Shown here piece after piece: positions 18,335 through 29,700 of a DNA stretch of 64,000 nucleotides. The notes under the pieces are model-generated. The model did no database searches and was not told the origin of the DNA. It saw only the letters and a program-made list of their open reading frames with translations. The number at the start of each line of letters is the position of its first letter. Within the stretch, counting starts at the first letter, position 1. The translations under genes and the position numbers were made by a program. Source of the stretch: an uncultured cyanobacterium (GTDB taxonomy: Bacteria; Cyanobacteriota; Cyanobacteriia; Phormidesmidales; Phormidesmidaceae); contig CAWBZI010000006.1 of assembly GCA_963793265.1 (NCBI GenBank), positions 576,001-640,000 of the forward strand, given 5' to 3'.

Positions 18335-20128
18335 ATGTCTTCATTGACTTCCCGGTCTATCGAACGCGTTTCTGTCACGAATGAAGGCGGTGATAGTATC
18401 GGCTTTTCTTCATCCGCGAGCCTTTCTGCAAATGGACGCTACGTTGCCTTTAGCTCTAATGCTGACGACTTAGTAGAGGGCGACACGAATCTAGAAAACG
18501 ATATCTTTGTGCGCGATCGCCTAGAGGGCACCACCGAACGCATCTCTATCGCCGATGACGGCAGCGAAAACAGCATATCTTCCTACAATCCCATCCTATC
18601 GACAGATGGACGATATGTATCTTTTCAGTCTAATACAACAGACTTAGGCGACAGCAGCCTGCCGAACGCTAGCGGTATCTTTGTTTACGATCGCGAAACA
18701 AAGACCGTTGAGAGAGTCGCGGTTGATAGCGAAGGAAATCCTGGGATAGGACTCGCTAGCAATGCCGATATGTCAGCAGATGGAAGGTTTGTAGCTTTTA
18801 GATCTATTGCTAGCAACTTGGTAGAGGGTGATACGAATGATGCTTATGATATTTTTGTGCGCGATCACCTAGAGGGCACCACCCAGCGAATTTCTATCAG
18901 TAGCGAAGGCGAACAGGGCAACGGCAGCTCCAACTTACCTAAACTATCTGCCGACGGTCAGTTTGTTGTCTTCACATCCAACGCCAGCAACCTAGTCGAA
19001 GGCGACACAAACGATAGCGGCGATGTGTTCCTCTACGATAAAAGGACTGACGCCATCGAGCGTATTTCAGTGAGCAGTGAAGGCAATGAAGGGGATGGTT
19101 ACTCTAGTGCGCCCAGTATTTCTGCCGATGGTCGCTACGTTAGCTTCTCCTCGGATGCGACCAATTTAGTGAGCGGTGATGAGAATGAAATAGGCGATAT
19201 TTTTGTGCGCGATCGCCTCACCCAAACCACAGAACGCATCTCGCTCAACGACGCAGGCATCGAAAGCAACAACTTCTCATTCAACCACGGCATTTCTGCC
19301 GATGGCCGCTACATCAGCTATAGCTCTGTTGCGACCAACCTGGTCGAAAACGACCTCAACCGAGCCCTAGACGTTTTTGTATACGACCGTGACACGCAAA
19401 CCACAGAACGCATCTCAGTGAATGCAGAAGGCGTGGGCGGTGTTGGAGAAAGTAGAGAATCTGTATTTTCTGCTGACGGACGCTTTATTGCCTTTCAGTC
19501 GCGCGCTGATAACTTAGTGGCTGAAGACAACAACGGTAGAACAGATATTTTTGTCTATGCGCTCAGCGATTCGACAGACTTTCCTGATCCTGGATTGCCT
19601 ATCCCCACAGGCCCAGTCGGCACGATCGGACAAACCCCTGAAAATAGGATAGTCAACCTTACAGAAATAGCAGCACCTACTGTTACCGCATCGATTGAGG
19701 TGACTCGCGATGCCGGATACAACAACACGGTAGGCTTCTACATCGTTGAAAACGAGCTAGGTGGCGTGATGGACTCGCTCACCGGAGAGATCTTAATGCC
19801 TGAGGATGTAGGCTACATGCAGGCGGCACTCGCGCAGCGCGTTGGCATGGATCTTACGGGCACAAATGGCGAGGTGGTTAGCTACACCACCGAAATTGCC
19901 ACGGGCAGCTTGCTATCGACCTTTATTGTGGCTGACGGTACGGTTGAGGCGATGCTGAACGACAATACATTGAACGACCCGGCGGTGTTTTTTGCCTATG
20001 GCGGAGCGAATAGCGATCGCACCGACCACGTGCGCCTGCTCGGAGCCAACACCTTCGGCTACGAAGATCTCTTAGGCGGCGGCGATATGGACTTCAACGA
20101 CATGGTAGTTCAGCTCTCATTTGAGTAA
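18335..20128 (+). CDS. TolB/WD40-like beta-propeller repeat protein with C-terminal DUF4114-like domain
   Basis: Repeated (I/L)SADGRYV.F.S.A.NLVEGDTN...DIFVRDR units; C-terminal NTFGYEDLLGGGDMDFNDMVV. Confidence 0.85.
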   Translation: MSSLTSRSIERVSVTNEGGDSIGFSSSASLSANGRYVAFSSNADDLVEGDTNLENDIFVRDRLEGTTERISIADDGSENSISSYNPILSTDGRYVSFQSNTTDLGDSSLPNASGIFVYDRETKTVERVAVDSEGNPGIGLASNADMSADGRFVAFRSIASNLVEGDTNDAYDIFVRDHLEGTTQRISISSEGEQGNGSSNLPKLSADGQFVVFTSNASNLVEGDTNDSGDVFLYDKRTDAIERISVSSEGNEGDGYSSAPSISADGRYVSFSSDATNLVSGDENEIGDIFVRDRLTQTTERISLNDAGIESNNFSFNHGISADGRYISYSSVATNLVENDLNRALDVFVYDRDTQTTERISVNAEGVGGVGESRESVFSADGRFIAFQSRADNLVAEDNNGRTDIFVYALSDSTDFPDPGLPIPTGPVGTIGQTPENRIVNLTEIAAPTVTASIEVTRDAGYNNTVGFYIVENELGGVMDSLTGEILMPEDVGYMQAALAQRVGMDLTGTNGEVVSYTTEIATGSLLSTFIVADGTVEAMLNDNTLNDPAVFFAYGGANSDRTDHVRLLGANTFGYEDLLGGGDMDFNDMVVQLSFE

Positions 20129-20176
20129 GGGAGCTGCGCTCAAATAAAGTACCGGCAAACCGACAAATATTGCCCT

Positions 20177-20241
20177 GGGCATAGCGTGCTATGCCCCTAC
20201 GTCACCGTCAATTTCTGTAGGGGCTTAGCACTGCTATGCCC
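20177..20241. repeat. Inverted REP doublet
   Basis: gggcatagcgtgctatgcccctac (20177-20200) and gtaggggcttagcactgctatgccc (20217-20241), between convergent genes. Confidence 0.8.
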
Positions 20242-20306
20242 GAGGCAATGAACAGCGCTATCAGCGGTACTTTATTTAGACGCATGTCCCTAAGCTATCA
20301 GGTAGG

Positions 20307-20936
20307 CTACTCCGCCCGAATCCAATCGACTTCCAACTTAAATTCTCCCTCTTTTTTATCGGCAATCAAAAAGCCAATTTGTTCTATCGCCGCTGCATTC
20401 AGCGGCGGTGCATCTGAGACAATGCGTCCTCTAAAAACAGGCTCAAACTCACTAAAAGAAACGTCCACAACCTGCCACTCACCCGCTGTTGCAAACGTCG
20501 CGCGATACGAAATATCTTCAGCATCTGCCGTTTGTACCCGCACCTGATAGCGTCGTCCGTCTCCTTTTACCCGCAGGCTCAATTCTGAAGCGTTAGAGAA
20601 ATCATAGTCACCTGAGGCCCGACGCGCAGAGCTAAAGCCGCCATTGTTTTCGAGTGAAAGCGTTCCGCGAAAAACGCCAGTATCTTGCTGCGTGACGTAA
20701 AACTCACCCTCAGAAACGCCACCCATCACCGTGTCATCCACGCCGCGCCAGCGTTCAGCTTCATCCGAGATATCTGTAAAGTCTGTAACCGTTTGCATAG
20801 ACGTTTCGTTTTGAGAGAGCGCCGTAAGTGGGACTTCAGCCTCAGCAATATTTTGAGGCTCTTTCATTGCAAAATTAAACCAGCCTATAGCTGCAAAGAG
20901 CGTAATGAGTCCGATAATTTTGAGCGCTAGTTTCAT
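20307..20936 (-). CDS. CIA30 family protein with N-terminal signal/TM
   Basis: DDTVMGGVS, LSLENNGGFSS and LRVKGDGRRY. Confidence 0.9.
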   Translation of the reverse strand: MKLALKIIGLITLFAAIGWFNFAMKEPQNIAEAEVPLTALSQNETSMQTVTDFTDISDEAERWRGVDDTVMGGVSEGEFYVTQQDTGVFRGTLSLENNGGFSSARRASGDYDFSNASELSLRVKGDGRRYQVRVQTADAEDISYRATFATAGEWQVVDVSFSEFEPVFRGRIVSDAPPLNAAAIEQIGFLIADKKEGEFKLEVDWIRAE

Positions 20937-22486
20937 GATGGTTGTTTTTTTAATGCAGCGGTATCTAGATCGGTTGTTGTTTTAAAGAAGTGGGTGAGGC
21001 GATCGCGGATCTTCTCAACACCGTCCACCACATTAGACTCCACATTCAGCGGCAGCACCGGATCGTGCAGCGACAGCCTTAGCAAGAACCAGCCGTCCTC
21101 ATCTACCCCACGACATGCTACCCGTACACCCTCATAATTATTCGGCACAATCTCCCAATCACGCTGCTGCACCACAAAATCTTCTAGCTGACCAATCACC
21201 TGATTCCCATGCGTCTTAAAGTCCTCCACCAAAATTTTCAGCCGATACTCCTCACTTTCAGCAGGCTCTTTTAGCTCAGCGATCAAATCCGTCAGCACCT
21301 TACCTTCCTGCTTTGCTCGCGCCAGCTCCACCAGCAGCTTACTCACCAAATAAGCACCATCATCTAAAAAGTAGTTCTCCTTCATCGCCCCGTGCCCCGA
21401 GGTTTCAATCGCCAGCCAGGATTCTTGCCCGGCCTCATCTAGCCGCATCGACTCATTAATCACATTCTTATATCCACGCTTAAATCGATGGTGCACACCG
21501 CCTAAGCCTGAGATAAATTCAGCCAGACCATCAGAGGTAATCGAATCGGTCACTACCGTAGAGCCTGGATGCTCGCGCAGCACCACCGCCGAAATCAGCG
21601 CAATCAATCGGTTCCGATTTAGCTCGTTCCCCTGCGGATCAACAGCTGCTGAGCGATCCACATCCGTATCAAAGATAATCCCAAAGTCGGCCTTATTATC
21701 CAGCACCGCTTTTTGAATTGCTGCCATCGCCTCAGCATTTTCAGGATTCGGAATATGGTTCGGGAACGTCCCATCCGGCTCTAGAAACTGACTGCCGCTC
21801 GTATCTGCACCTAAGGGTTCTAGCACCTTACTTGCATAAAATCCACCGGCTCCATTACCGGCATCCACTACAATATGCAGTCCCTGTAAAGGCTGCTCGT
21901 AATGCTCAGAATGATTCACTTCCTGACGAACCTGTTGCACTAGCCCATCGGCATATACCGAAATAAAATCTCTCTCTTCTATCTCGCCTTTAGTCGCGGC
22001 TGTTAAAAATTTGTTCTCACTGGCAAGTGTCAGAATCGCCGTAATATCTGGCTTGTTCAAACCGCCTTTGGCTGTGAAAAACTTGAGGCCGTTGCGATTA
22101 AACGGTAAATGGCTGGCAGTGAGCATTATGCCGCCATCACAGTGGTAGCCTTCGGTAACGGTACTCATAAACATAGCTGGGGTAGAAGCGATCGCACAGT
22201 CATACACCCGCGCCCCCAAATCCATCATCCCTTCGGCCAGCCCCGCCATCAGCGCAGGCCCCGAAATCCGGCTATCGCGCCCCACCGCCACCACCAAATC
22301 ACTCGCCGCCTTACCGACAGCACCCGCTAGCCAGCCCACAAACCCTTGCCCCAGCTTATAAGCAATCTCCGGCGTCAGGTTCACCGCCTCACCCGCCACA
22401 CCCTCCAGCGCAACCCCCCGGATATCAGAGCCATTTTGCAGCCGCTTCCACTCATCAGGCAAGGTATGTGATAGTTCCGTAGCCAT
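20933..22486 (-). CDS. Phosphomannomutase/phosphoglucomutase
   Basis: NGSDIRG, TASHLP phosphoserine loop, FDTDVDR and ETSGH; ATG at 22486. Confidence 0.92.
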   Translation of the reverse strand: MATELSHTLPDEWKRLQNGSDIRGVALEGVAGEAVNLTPEIAYKLGQGFVGWLAGAVGKAASDLVVAVGRDSRISGPALMAGLAEGMMDLGARVYDCAIASTPAMFMSTVTEGYHCDGGIMLTASHLPFNRNGLKFFTAKGGLNKPDITAILTLASENKFLTAATKGEIEERDFISVYADGLVQQVRQEVNHSEHYEQPLQGLHIVVDAGNGAGGFYASKVLEPLGADTSGSQFLEPDGTFPNHIPNPENAEAMAAIQKAVLDNKADFGIIFDTDVDRSAAVDPQGNELNRNRLIALISAVVLREHPGSTVVTDSITSDGLAEFISGLGGVHHRFKRGYKNVINESMRLDEAGQESWLAIETSGHGAMKENYFLDDGAYLVSKLLVELARAKQEGKVLTDLIAELKEPAESEEYRLKILVEDFKTHGNQVIGQLEDFVVQQRDWEIVPNNYEGVRVACRGVDEDGWFLLRLSLHDPVLPLNVESNVVDGVEKIRDRLTHFFKTTTDLDTAALKKQPS

Positions 22487-22594
22487 AGGGATTCCTTCAC
22501 TCAACATCCATATAGGGGATGCTTTTATCAAATTAGGAAAACCATAGCAAACTGTGACGGCTTAAGGCTGTTTTAATCGGATAATTACACAACG

Positions 22595-24577
22595 CTATAG
22601 CTGGCAGATGACGCGAAAGCTGGTGTCATCGAGTCTGTCGTGAAAGGGATAGCCTAAGCTGTAGGCCGACCGGCAGTTGGTAGGCAGGTAAGACCATGAG
22701 CCGCCGCGTAGAAACTTCTTTTGTCCCGATAGATTCCAGGTGTTGTGCTGAGAGCTGTCGTAGCCAAGAAAGTCGGGCCAGCCGTCTAGGCACCACTCCC
22801 ACACGTTGCCGTGCATGTCATACAGGCCAAAAAGGTTGGGCGGGAAACTGCCCACTTCTGTTGTTTGCTGACGGTACTTTCCCTTTGGCCCTCTATCATA
22901 GGCATAGTTGCCGTTGTAGTTGACAATATCGGGCGTGATCGTTTTGCCAAAGTAAAAGGGGGTTGTTGTTCCGGCCCGACAGGCGTACTCCCACTGCGCA
23001 TTGCTCGGGAGCCTGTAGGCTTTGCGCGATCGCTGCGATAGCCACTGACAAAACGCCACCGCATCTGTCCAAAACACATTCTCAATCGGTCGGTTCAGCC
23101 CGCCATTCGGCACGACATCTGGCGCTTCACTCGGCACTTTGCTAAGCTTCAAATTCGCCGCATTCCACTGAGCGCGCGTAATGGTGTACTTCCCCATCCA
23201 AAACTCAGGCACCGTCACCTCGCGCCGAGATTTTTCTCTCTCGCCTGCCCCCTTCGCTGCCCTATCGGCCCCCACAACCAACCGTCCGCTCGGAATTTTG
23301 ACCATCTCTAGAAATACGCCATGACCTAAGTCTTCTGTAAACGAAGTGGCTTCAGCTAATATCTTTTTAGCCACTTCTCCTTTCTCATCTACCTGCACTG
23401 TTTCAAACCGAAAGATTGAATGAGAACTCACAGACGAAAAGGGCTGTTTGCAATCACGCCATACCAGTCGTTGAACTGAATTTGCTACCGGCCGAGGCGA
23501 TCGCCCTCCCTGACGCCTACTCACCTGTTTCTCTACCAAAAGCACATCTTCATCACGCAGGTTCAACAGCCGCTGCAAATCTTTCAAATCTCGAATTGCT
23601 CGCTCACTGAGCAAATCACCCTGAAGCTTCTCTGCCGCCAACGCTTCGGCATAAACAGATAGGTGCTTCTGTCTCTGGCGAAAAGGGTGCAGCACCTCGT
23701 TCTCAATCGCCGCCGCGTACTCTGCCGACATCCTCAATCGCTGCCGCCACTGTTCCAAAGCCGCCCGCCCCGCTGGCCCAATTTGTCCCTCATGAATTCT
23801 CGCCTGCAGCTGTGCCCGGTAGCGCTGCCCGCTGTCTACTTGGGCCTTAGCAATCACAATATCGTAGCCCTGCTGCCGGTTAAACATTGCCGGTTCCATC
23901 GTGGGAGCCGCCACCTTAACCTGCGCTTTAATGTAGTCGTGTAAATGCCCTGCCGAAATTGTATCTCGGCCATCAGGCGCAGCGCTTCCCGTTTTTAACC
24001 CTTCCACTAAGTAGCGAGTATAAACAGAGAGCACCTCTCCCTTTTGTTCGAGGGCATAGCGCGCTGAGGTAGAAGCCGTCAGCACACACCAGCCTTTGCC
24101 GCCTAGCTGAGCTTCAACATCAACGCTGCTGTCATTCATCGCCAAAAAGCCGTCTGCAAACGCAGCGCCAAAGCAACAGTCTAAAATAATCACCTTACGC
24201 TCTGCTAAAGAATTGCTGGCTTCTCGCTTCAAGAAAGGCGCTTCTACTGCTGTTCCTGCGTTGGGTCGCCCGTTTTCAAATAGCTGTGTTTGAGCCGTTG
24301 TAAGATAAAAGTCTCCGGTCATATCTTTGATGCCATGGCCCGTAAAGTAAAAGAGAACTAAGTCTCTTTTGGTGGTGCGAGCAAATATCTCACAAATGCG
24401 CGATCGCATTTCCCACACGCCAGGATTCACCAGTGACTCAACTTCATCAAAGCCACCTACTGCTGGGTCACTCAGCACCGAACGCATGGCCGCTATTCCA
24501 TTTGGCGGACAGCGCAGCGGCTCTAGGCCCGGCCCATAATCGCCAACCCCAATCAACAATGCAATCTTTTTAGACAT
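22595..24577 (-). CDS. Caspase-like (peptidase C14) domain + helical linker + FGE-sulfatase/SUMF1 domain protein
   Basis: YFTGHG and ILDCC dyad motifs; C-terminal YRLPS.AQWEYACRAG, FGLYDMHGNVWEWC and RGGSW. Confidence 0.88.
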   Translation of the reverse strand: MSKKIALLIGVGDYGPGLEPLRCPPNGIAAMRSVLSDPAVGGFDEVESLVNPGVWEMRSRICEIFARTTKRDLVLFYFTGHGIKDMTGDFYLTTAQTQLFENGRPNAGTAVEAPFLKREASNSLAERKVIILDCCFGAAFADGFLAMNDSSVDVEAQLGGKGWCVLTASTSARYALEQKGEVLSVYTRYLVEGLKTGSAAPDGRDTISAGHLHDYIKAQVKVAAPTMEPAMFNRQQGYDIVIAKAQVDSGQRYRAQLQARIHEGQIGPAGRAALEQWRQRLRMSAEYAAAIENEVLHPFRQRQKHLSVYAEALAAEKLQGDLLSERAIRDLKDLQRLLNLRDEDVLLVEKQVSRRQGGRSPRPVANSVQRLVWRDCKQPFSSVSSHSIFRFETVQVDEKGEVAKKILAEATSFTEDLGHGVFLEMVKIPSGRLVVGADRAAKGAGEREKSRREVTVPEFWMGKYTITRAQWNAANLKLSKVPSEAPDVVPNGGLNRPIENVFWTDAVAFCQWLSQRSRKAYRLPSNAQWEYACRAGTTTPFYFGKTITPDIVNYNGNYAYDRGPKGKYRQQTTEVGSFPPNLFGLYDMHGNVWEWCLDGWPDFLGYDSSQHNTWNLSGQKKFLRGGSWSYLPTNCRSAYSLGYPFHDRLDDTSFRVICQL

Positions 24578-24922
24578 ACGCCTCAATGAATGCTTCTTGC
24601 TGCGGCCTTACGCCTTAGGTTTTATGGGGTGTGTCGCTTTTATAGGTTTGTCGCGAATTATGTCGAGATCGTAGGCGTCTTCGATGTTAGTTCGATCAGT
24701 AATAGTCATGGAATGGCACGGTGTAATATGTAGGCACATTCCAATTTTGTTTGATTTTGAAACCGGCTTCCCTAAAATGGCTCTAGCTTCGCTGAATATT
24801 CACTAGAATGACAAAGCAAGCACCGCTCTTTGATAGCTGTGCTGAACCTGTATACGGCTAGTGACGGGAGGTTTGGCAATTGTGAAGAGGCGATCGCTAG
24901 ATCAGATATTTTTCATATAGCC

Positions 24923-24961
24923 GTATGCGTTATTACGGGCGCTAGTTGTATGAAATGTTAC
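24923..24961. promoter_or_regulatory. Two tandem GTA-N8-TAC (NtcA-like) boxes
   Basis: GTATGCGTTATTAC (24923-24936) and GTATGAAATGTTAC (24948-24961). No canonical -10 at 22-nt spacing. Confidence 0.35.
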
Positions 24962-25013
24962 TACCAAAAGACCCACAGGTAGCATAGGAACACATATCTA
25001 ATCTAAAACACTA

Positions 25014-25044
25014 CGCGCTGATAGACCTTAGATCTATCAGCGCG
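25014..25044 (-). terminator. Stem-loop downstream of gltD
   Basis: CGCGCTGATAGA-N7-TCTATCAGCGCG 12-bp stem. Confidence 0.6.
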
Positions 25045-25081
25045 CAGTATCTTTAGCAGTGCCTTGAAAGAGGCGTATCAA

Positions 25082-26566
25082 CTAAGGCAGCTCAGTTGTG
25101 CCCATGAGGTAGCGATCGCACTCCCGAGCAACCCCGCGTCCTTCATTAATCGCCCACACAATCAAGCTCTGTCCCCGACGACAGTCACCAGCAGCAAACA
25201 CACCCGGCTTATTCGTCGTAAACGCTTCGTGCTCCGCTTTCACATTGCTCCGCTCAGTCTTCTCCAAACCCAACGCATCCAACAAAGGAGACTCCGGCCC
25301 CAAAAAGCCCATCGCCAATAGAACAACCTGTGCCGGAATTCTCTTTTCACTGCCTGGTACATGATTCGGCGTAAAGCGACCGTTCTCATCGCGCACCCAG
25401 TCCACTTCTACCGTATGCACCGCTGCGACATTACCATTACCATCGTCTTCAAACTTAGTCGCTGTCGTTACATACCCACGAGGATCGTCACCGAACAAAG
25501 CCTTCGCTTCCTCCTGTCCATAGTCCAAACGGTAAATCTTCGGCCACTCAGGCCAGGGATTGTTCGCCGCTCTTACTTCAGGCGGCTTCGGCATAATCTC
25601 TAGCTGATTAATGCTCTTACAGCCATGACGAACAGAGGTTGCCACACAGTCTGTTCCCGTATCGCCACCGCCAATAATCACCACGTCTTTACCAGCCGCC
25701 GAAATGTAATTGTCCCCTGGCGCACCGTCTAACACGGCTTGAGTATTCGCCGTCAAAAACTCCATGGCGAAGTTAATGCCTTTAAGATCTCTTCCTTCAA
25801 TCGGCAAATCGCGAGGCCGCGTGGAGCCTGTGCATAAGATCACAGAATCATAGTCATTCAACAGCTTCTCAGCCGGTAAGTCTTTACCGACCTCAGTATC
25901 ACAAACAAAGGTAATGCCTTCTGCTTCCAACACATCTAGCCGACGACGAACAATGTCATTTTTGTCGAGCTTCATGTTAGGAATGCCATACGTAAGCAGT
26001 CCACCCGGACGATTAGCACGCTCAAATACGGTGACCCAGTGACCTGCTTTGTTGAGCTGATCGGCAGCAGCAAGTCCTGCCGGGCCAGAGCCAACAACCG
26101 CGACCTTTTTACCGGTGCGCTTAGCCGGTAGCTGAGGCGTAATCCAGCCTTCTTCCCAGCCCTTTTCAATAATCGAATACTCGATATTTTTAATCGTGAC
26201 TGGCGGGCTAGTGATGCCCAATACGCAAGAGCCTTCGCAGGGTGCAGGACACACTCGGCCTGTGAACTCAGGAAAATTGTTGGTTTTATGCAGGCGGTCA
26301 AGCGCTTCGCGCCATAGCCCTCTGTATACGAGGTCATTCCATTCGGGAATGAGATTGTTGACCGGGCAACCGCTGGCCATGTTGCCAATGAGTTCGCCCG
26401 TGTGGCAGAAGGGAGTGCCGCAGTCCATGCAGCGAGAGCCCTGGGTTTGTAGCGCCTCATCTGGCATGGGGAGATGGAATTCATCCCAGTTGCGGATGCG
26501 ATCTTTGGGCGAAGTTTCGGCAGGTGCTTCGCGGAGATAATCGATAAAGCCGGTTGGTTTTCCCAT
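25082..26566 (-). CDS. gltD: NADH-glutamate synthase small subunit
   Basis: [26 protein letters not shown] and GSGPAG. Confidence 0.97.
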   Translation of the reverse strand: MGKPTGFIDYLREAPAETSPKDRIRNWDEFHLPMPDEALQTQGSRCMDCGTPFCHTGELIGNMASGCPVNNLIPEWNDLVYRGLWREALDRLHKTNNFPEFTGRVCPAPCEGSCVLGITSPPVTIKNIEYSIIEKGWEEGWITPQLPAKRTGKKVAVVGSGPAGLAAADQLNKAGHWVTVFERANRPGGLLTYGIPNMKLDKNDIVRRRLDVLEAEGITFVCDTEVGKDLPAEKLLNDYDSVILCTGSTRPRDLPIEGRDLKGINFAMEFLTANTQAVLDGAPGDNYISAAGKDVVIIGGGDTGTDCVATSVRHGCKSINQLEIMPKPPEVRAANNPWPEWPKIYRLDYGQEEAKALFGDDPRGYVTTATKFEDDGNGNVAAVHTVEVDWVRDENGRFTPNHVPGSEKRIPAQVVLLAMGFLGPESPLLDALGLEKTERSNVKAEHEAFTTNKPGVFAAGDCRRGQSLIVWAINEGRGVARECDRYLMGTTELP

Positions 26567-26634
26567 GGTGTTTGTTGAAGGTGTGAGGGTGGAGATGTGT
26601 AGATAAAGGTTGAAATTTGATTGGGGTTCTTGGA

Positions 26635-26733
26635 GCCCTCATCCCCTAGCCCCTTCTCCCCAAGGGAGAAGGGGAACATGAGGCCGGACTTTAACTCCCC
26701 TCTCCTTCTGGGAGAGGGGTCGGGGGTGAGGGC
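26635..26733. repeat. Nested palindromic intergenic element (CCCTCATCCCC...CCCCTTCTCCC / GGGAGAGGGG...GGGGTGAGGG type)
   Basis: Terminal inverted repeat gccctca...tgagggc with two internal hairpins; a REP-like repeat type common in cyanobacteria. Confidence 0.75.
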
Positions 26734-26740
26734 CTCCGAA

Positions 26741-29700
26741 TCAGCCGCCACTGACGCGAGCGATATCTCGCGCATTCTCTTCAAAGGCCGCAGACATCGC
26801 CTCGTCATTACTCAGCCCGTCTGCTAATGCCTTCTGAATATGCTGCAACACCCGCTTATAGTCGCGAGGCATCACTTTCACAAATTTCGGCAAAGTCGCC
26901 TCCCAATTTTCTAAAAGAGACTTGGCTTTACCGCTTCCTGTGTAGTCAACATGACGCTGAATAATATCTCGCAGCTCCTGACTTTCGCCCGTTGTCTCAA
27001 CGCACTCTAGCCCGACCATTTCGGTATTACAGCGGCTTGCAAAGTCTCCGACTTCATCAAGCACGTAAGCCACGCCGCCGCTCATCCCGGCTGCAAAATT
27101 ACGACCCGTTAGGCCCAAGATAATCGCCTTGCCGCCAGTCATATACTCACAGCCATGGTCGCCCACGCCTTCGACAACTGCCGTAGCCCCAGAGTTACGA
27201 ACGCAGAAGCGCTCGCCCGCCATACCGTTGATATAGGCTTCGCCGCTAGTCGCACCGTACAAAGCAACGTTACCAGCGATGATGTTCTCTTCGGGCACCA
27301 GCGTAGAGGCTTTGGCAGGATAGAGGACAATCTTGCCGCCGCTAAGCCCCTTGCCGAGGTAGTCATTGGTATCGCCCTCTAGCTCCAGGGTCATTCCCTT
27401 CGGCGTAAAGGCTCCAAAGCTTTGACCGGCGGTACCTTCAAAGTGCAGATGCACGGTATCTTCGGGCAAGCCTTCTTCGTGGTTTTTAGTAATTTCATTC
27501 CCCACAATCGTACCAACAACACGGTGAATGTTGCGGATAGGCAGCTTGGCTTTCACCTTTTCACCGCGCTCAATGGCAGGCTTACAAATCTCTAGTAGCT
27601 GAGTCATATCAAGAGATTTGTCTAAGCCATGGTTTTGAGCTTCGGTGCAGTAGCGGCCAATCTCAGGGCCAACATCAGGCTTGTGCAGCAAAGCAGAAAG
27701 GTCAATGCCTCTTGCTTTCCAGTGGTCAATGGCGGTTTTAGCAGCGAGCACGTCGGTACGACCAACCATTTCATTAAGCGAGCGGAAACCTAACTCGGCC
27801 ATGATTTCACGGGTTTCTTGCGCGATAAACTTCATGAAGTTGACGGCGTGTTCGGGGTCACCTTTGAACTGCTTGCGCAGCTCGGGGTTTTGAGTAGCCA
27901 CACCGACCGGGCAGGTGTTGAGGTGGCAAACGCGCATCATGATACAGCCGAGGCTGACTAAAGGCGCGGTGGAGAAGCCGAATTCTTCTGCACCGAGGAG
28001 AGCAGCGATCGCAACATCCCGTCCCGTCTTCATCTGCCCATCCGTCTCAATCACAATCCGGCTGCGCAAGTTATTCAGCACCAACGTCTGATGCGTCTCC
28101 GCCAAGCCCAGCTCCCAGGGCAAACCCGCGTGCTTAATCGAAGTCTGCGGCGAAGCGCCCGTACCGCCATCAAACCCAGACACCAGCACCACGTCCGCGT
28201 GCGCTTTAGCCACACCGGCAGCAATGGTACCTACACCGACTTCAGACACCAGCTTGACGCTGACTCGCGCCTCCCGGTTTGCATTCTTCAGGTCATGAAT
28301 CAGCTCAGCCAAATCTTCAATCGAGTAGATGTCATGGTGCGGTGGCGGTGAGATCAAACCCACACCCGGCGTAGAGTTCCGAACTTTCGCAATCCACGGA
28401 TACACCTTCTTACCGGGTAGCTGCCCGCCTTCACCAGGCTTAGCCCCCTGTGCCATCTTGATCTGGATCTCTTTGGCCTTAGAAAGGTACAGGCTGCTCA
28501 CGCCAAATCGACCCGAGGCGACCTGTTTAATCGCGCTGTTTTTAGAGTCTCCTCTTTCATTCGTCCAGGTGTAGCGAGCGGGATCTTCACCGCCTTCACC
28601 TGTATTAGAGCGGCCACCGATGCGGTTCATTGCGATCGCTAACGTCTCATGCGCTTCTTGCGAAATCGACCCGTAGCTCATCGCCCCGGTCTTAAACCGG
28701 CTCATAATCGCATCAACAGACTCCACCTCTTCAATCGGTACGGGCTCTTGAGGCTGAAAGTCCAACAGATCGCGCAGCCTAAAGAAGTTCTTACCCTGCT
28801 CATTCACCAGCAGCGCGTACTTCTTATACAGCTCATAGTCACCGTCTCTCGTCGCCTTTTGCAACAGGTGAATACTCTGCGGGCTGAGCAAATGAGCCTC
28901 GCCATCCTTGCGCCACTGATACTCACCACCTGCTTCCAAGGTCGCTGCGTTCTTAGTTTCAGAAGTCGGCCTGTCGGGGAAAGCATGGCGATGACGCATA
29001 ATCGCCTCTTGCGCGAGCACGTCTAAGCCGACGCCCTGAATGCGAGAAGCCGTCCAGGTGAAGTACTTGTTCGTCACCGATTCATTCAGGCCAATCGCCT
29101 CAAAAATCTGCGCTCCCCGGTAGCTCTGAATGGTCGAAATCCCAATCTTCGCCGCGATCTTAACAACGCCTTTAGTCGCCGCCTTAATGTAGTTCTTACA
29201 AGCCGCTTTGAATTCCACATCACGCAGCAGATTCTCGTCAATCATGCGCTGGAAAGTCTCGAAGGCCATGTAGGGATTAATCGCCCCACAGCCATAGCCC
29301 AACAGCACTGCGAAGTGGTGCACCTCGCGCGGCTCACCAGATTCCAACACAATGCCGACGCGCGTACGTGTGCCCGTCCGAATTAGATGGTGATGCAGCC
29401 CTGCGACTGCAAGCAAAGCTGGAATTGGCGCACGATTTTGAGCGATGTCACGATCAGAGAGAACTAAAATCTCCTTACCTGCTTCAATCTCTTCATCGGC
29501 CTTCATGCATAGCGCTTCAATCGCACCTGCCAGTCCTGCTTCGCCTGTATCAGGATCGAACAAAATAGGCAGCACGGACGTTTTGAACTCGCTGTTATGC
29601 TTTATTTTAGCCAGCTCGCTATTAGTGATAAAAGGCGTTTTGAGCTGAAGCAAGTGACAGCTCTCAGGTGTGGGCTCTAACAGATTTCGCTCCGAACCTA

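Noticed and set aside
18335..19560. Internal DNA repeats of about 180 bp
   Set aside because: Explained by beta-propeller blade repeats of the protein.
22595..25060. Complete diversity-generating retroelement
   Set aside because: No reverse transcriptase, accessory gene or template repeat is visible in the window.
25972..26808. 278-aa alternative-frame ORF spanning gltB/gltD
   Set aside because: Shadow ORF over gltD and a palindromic repeat, with no protein-like features.
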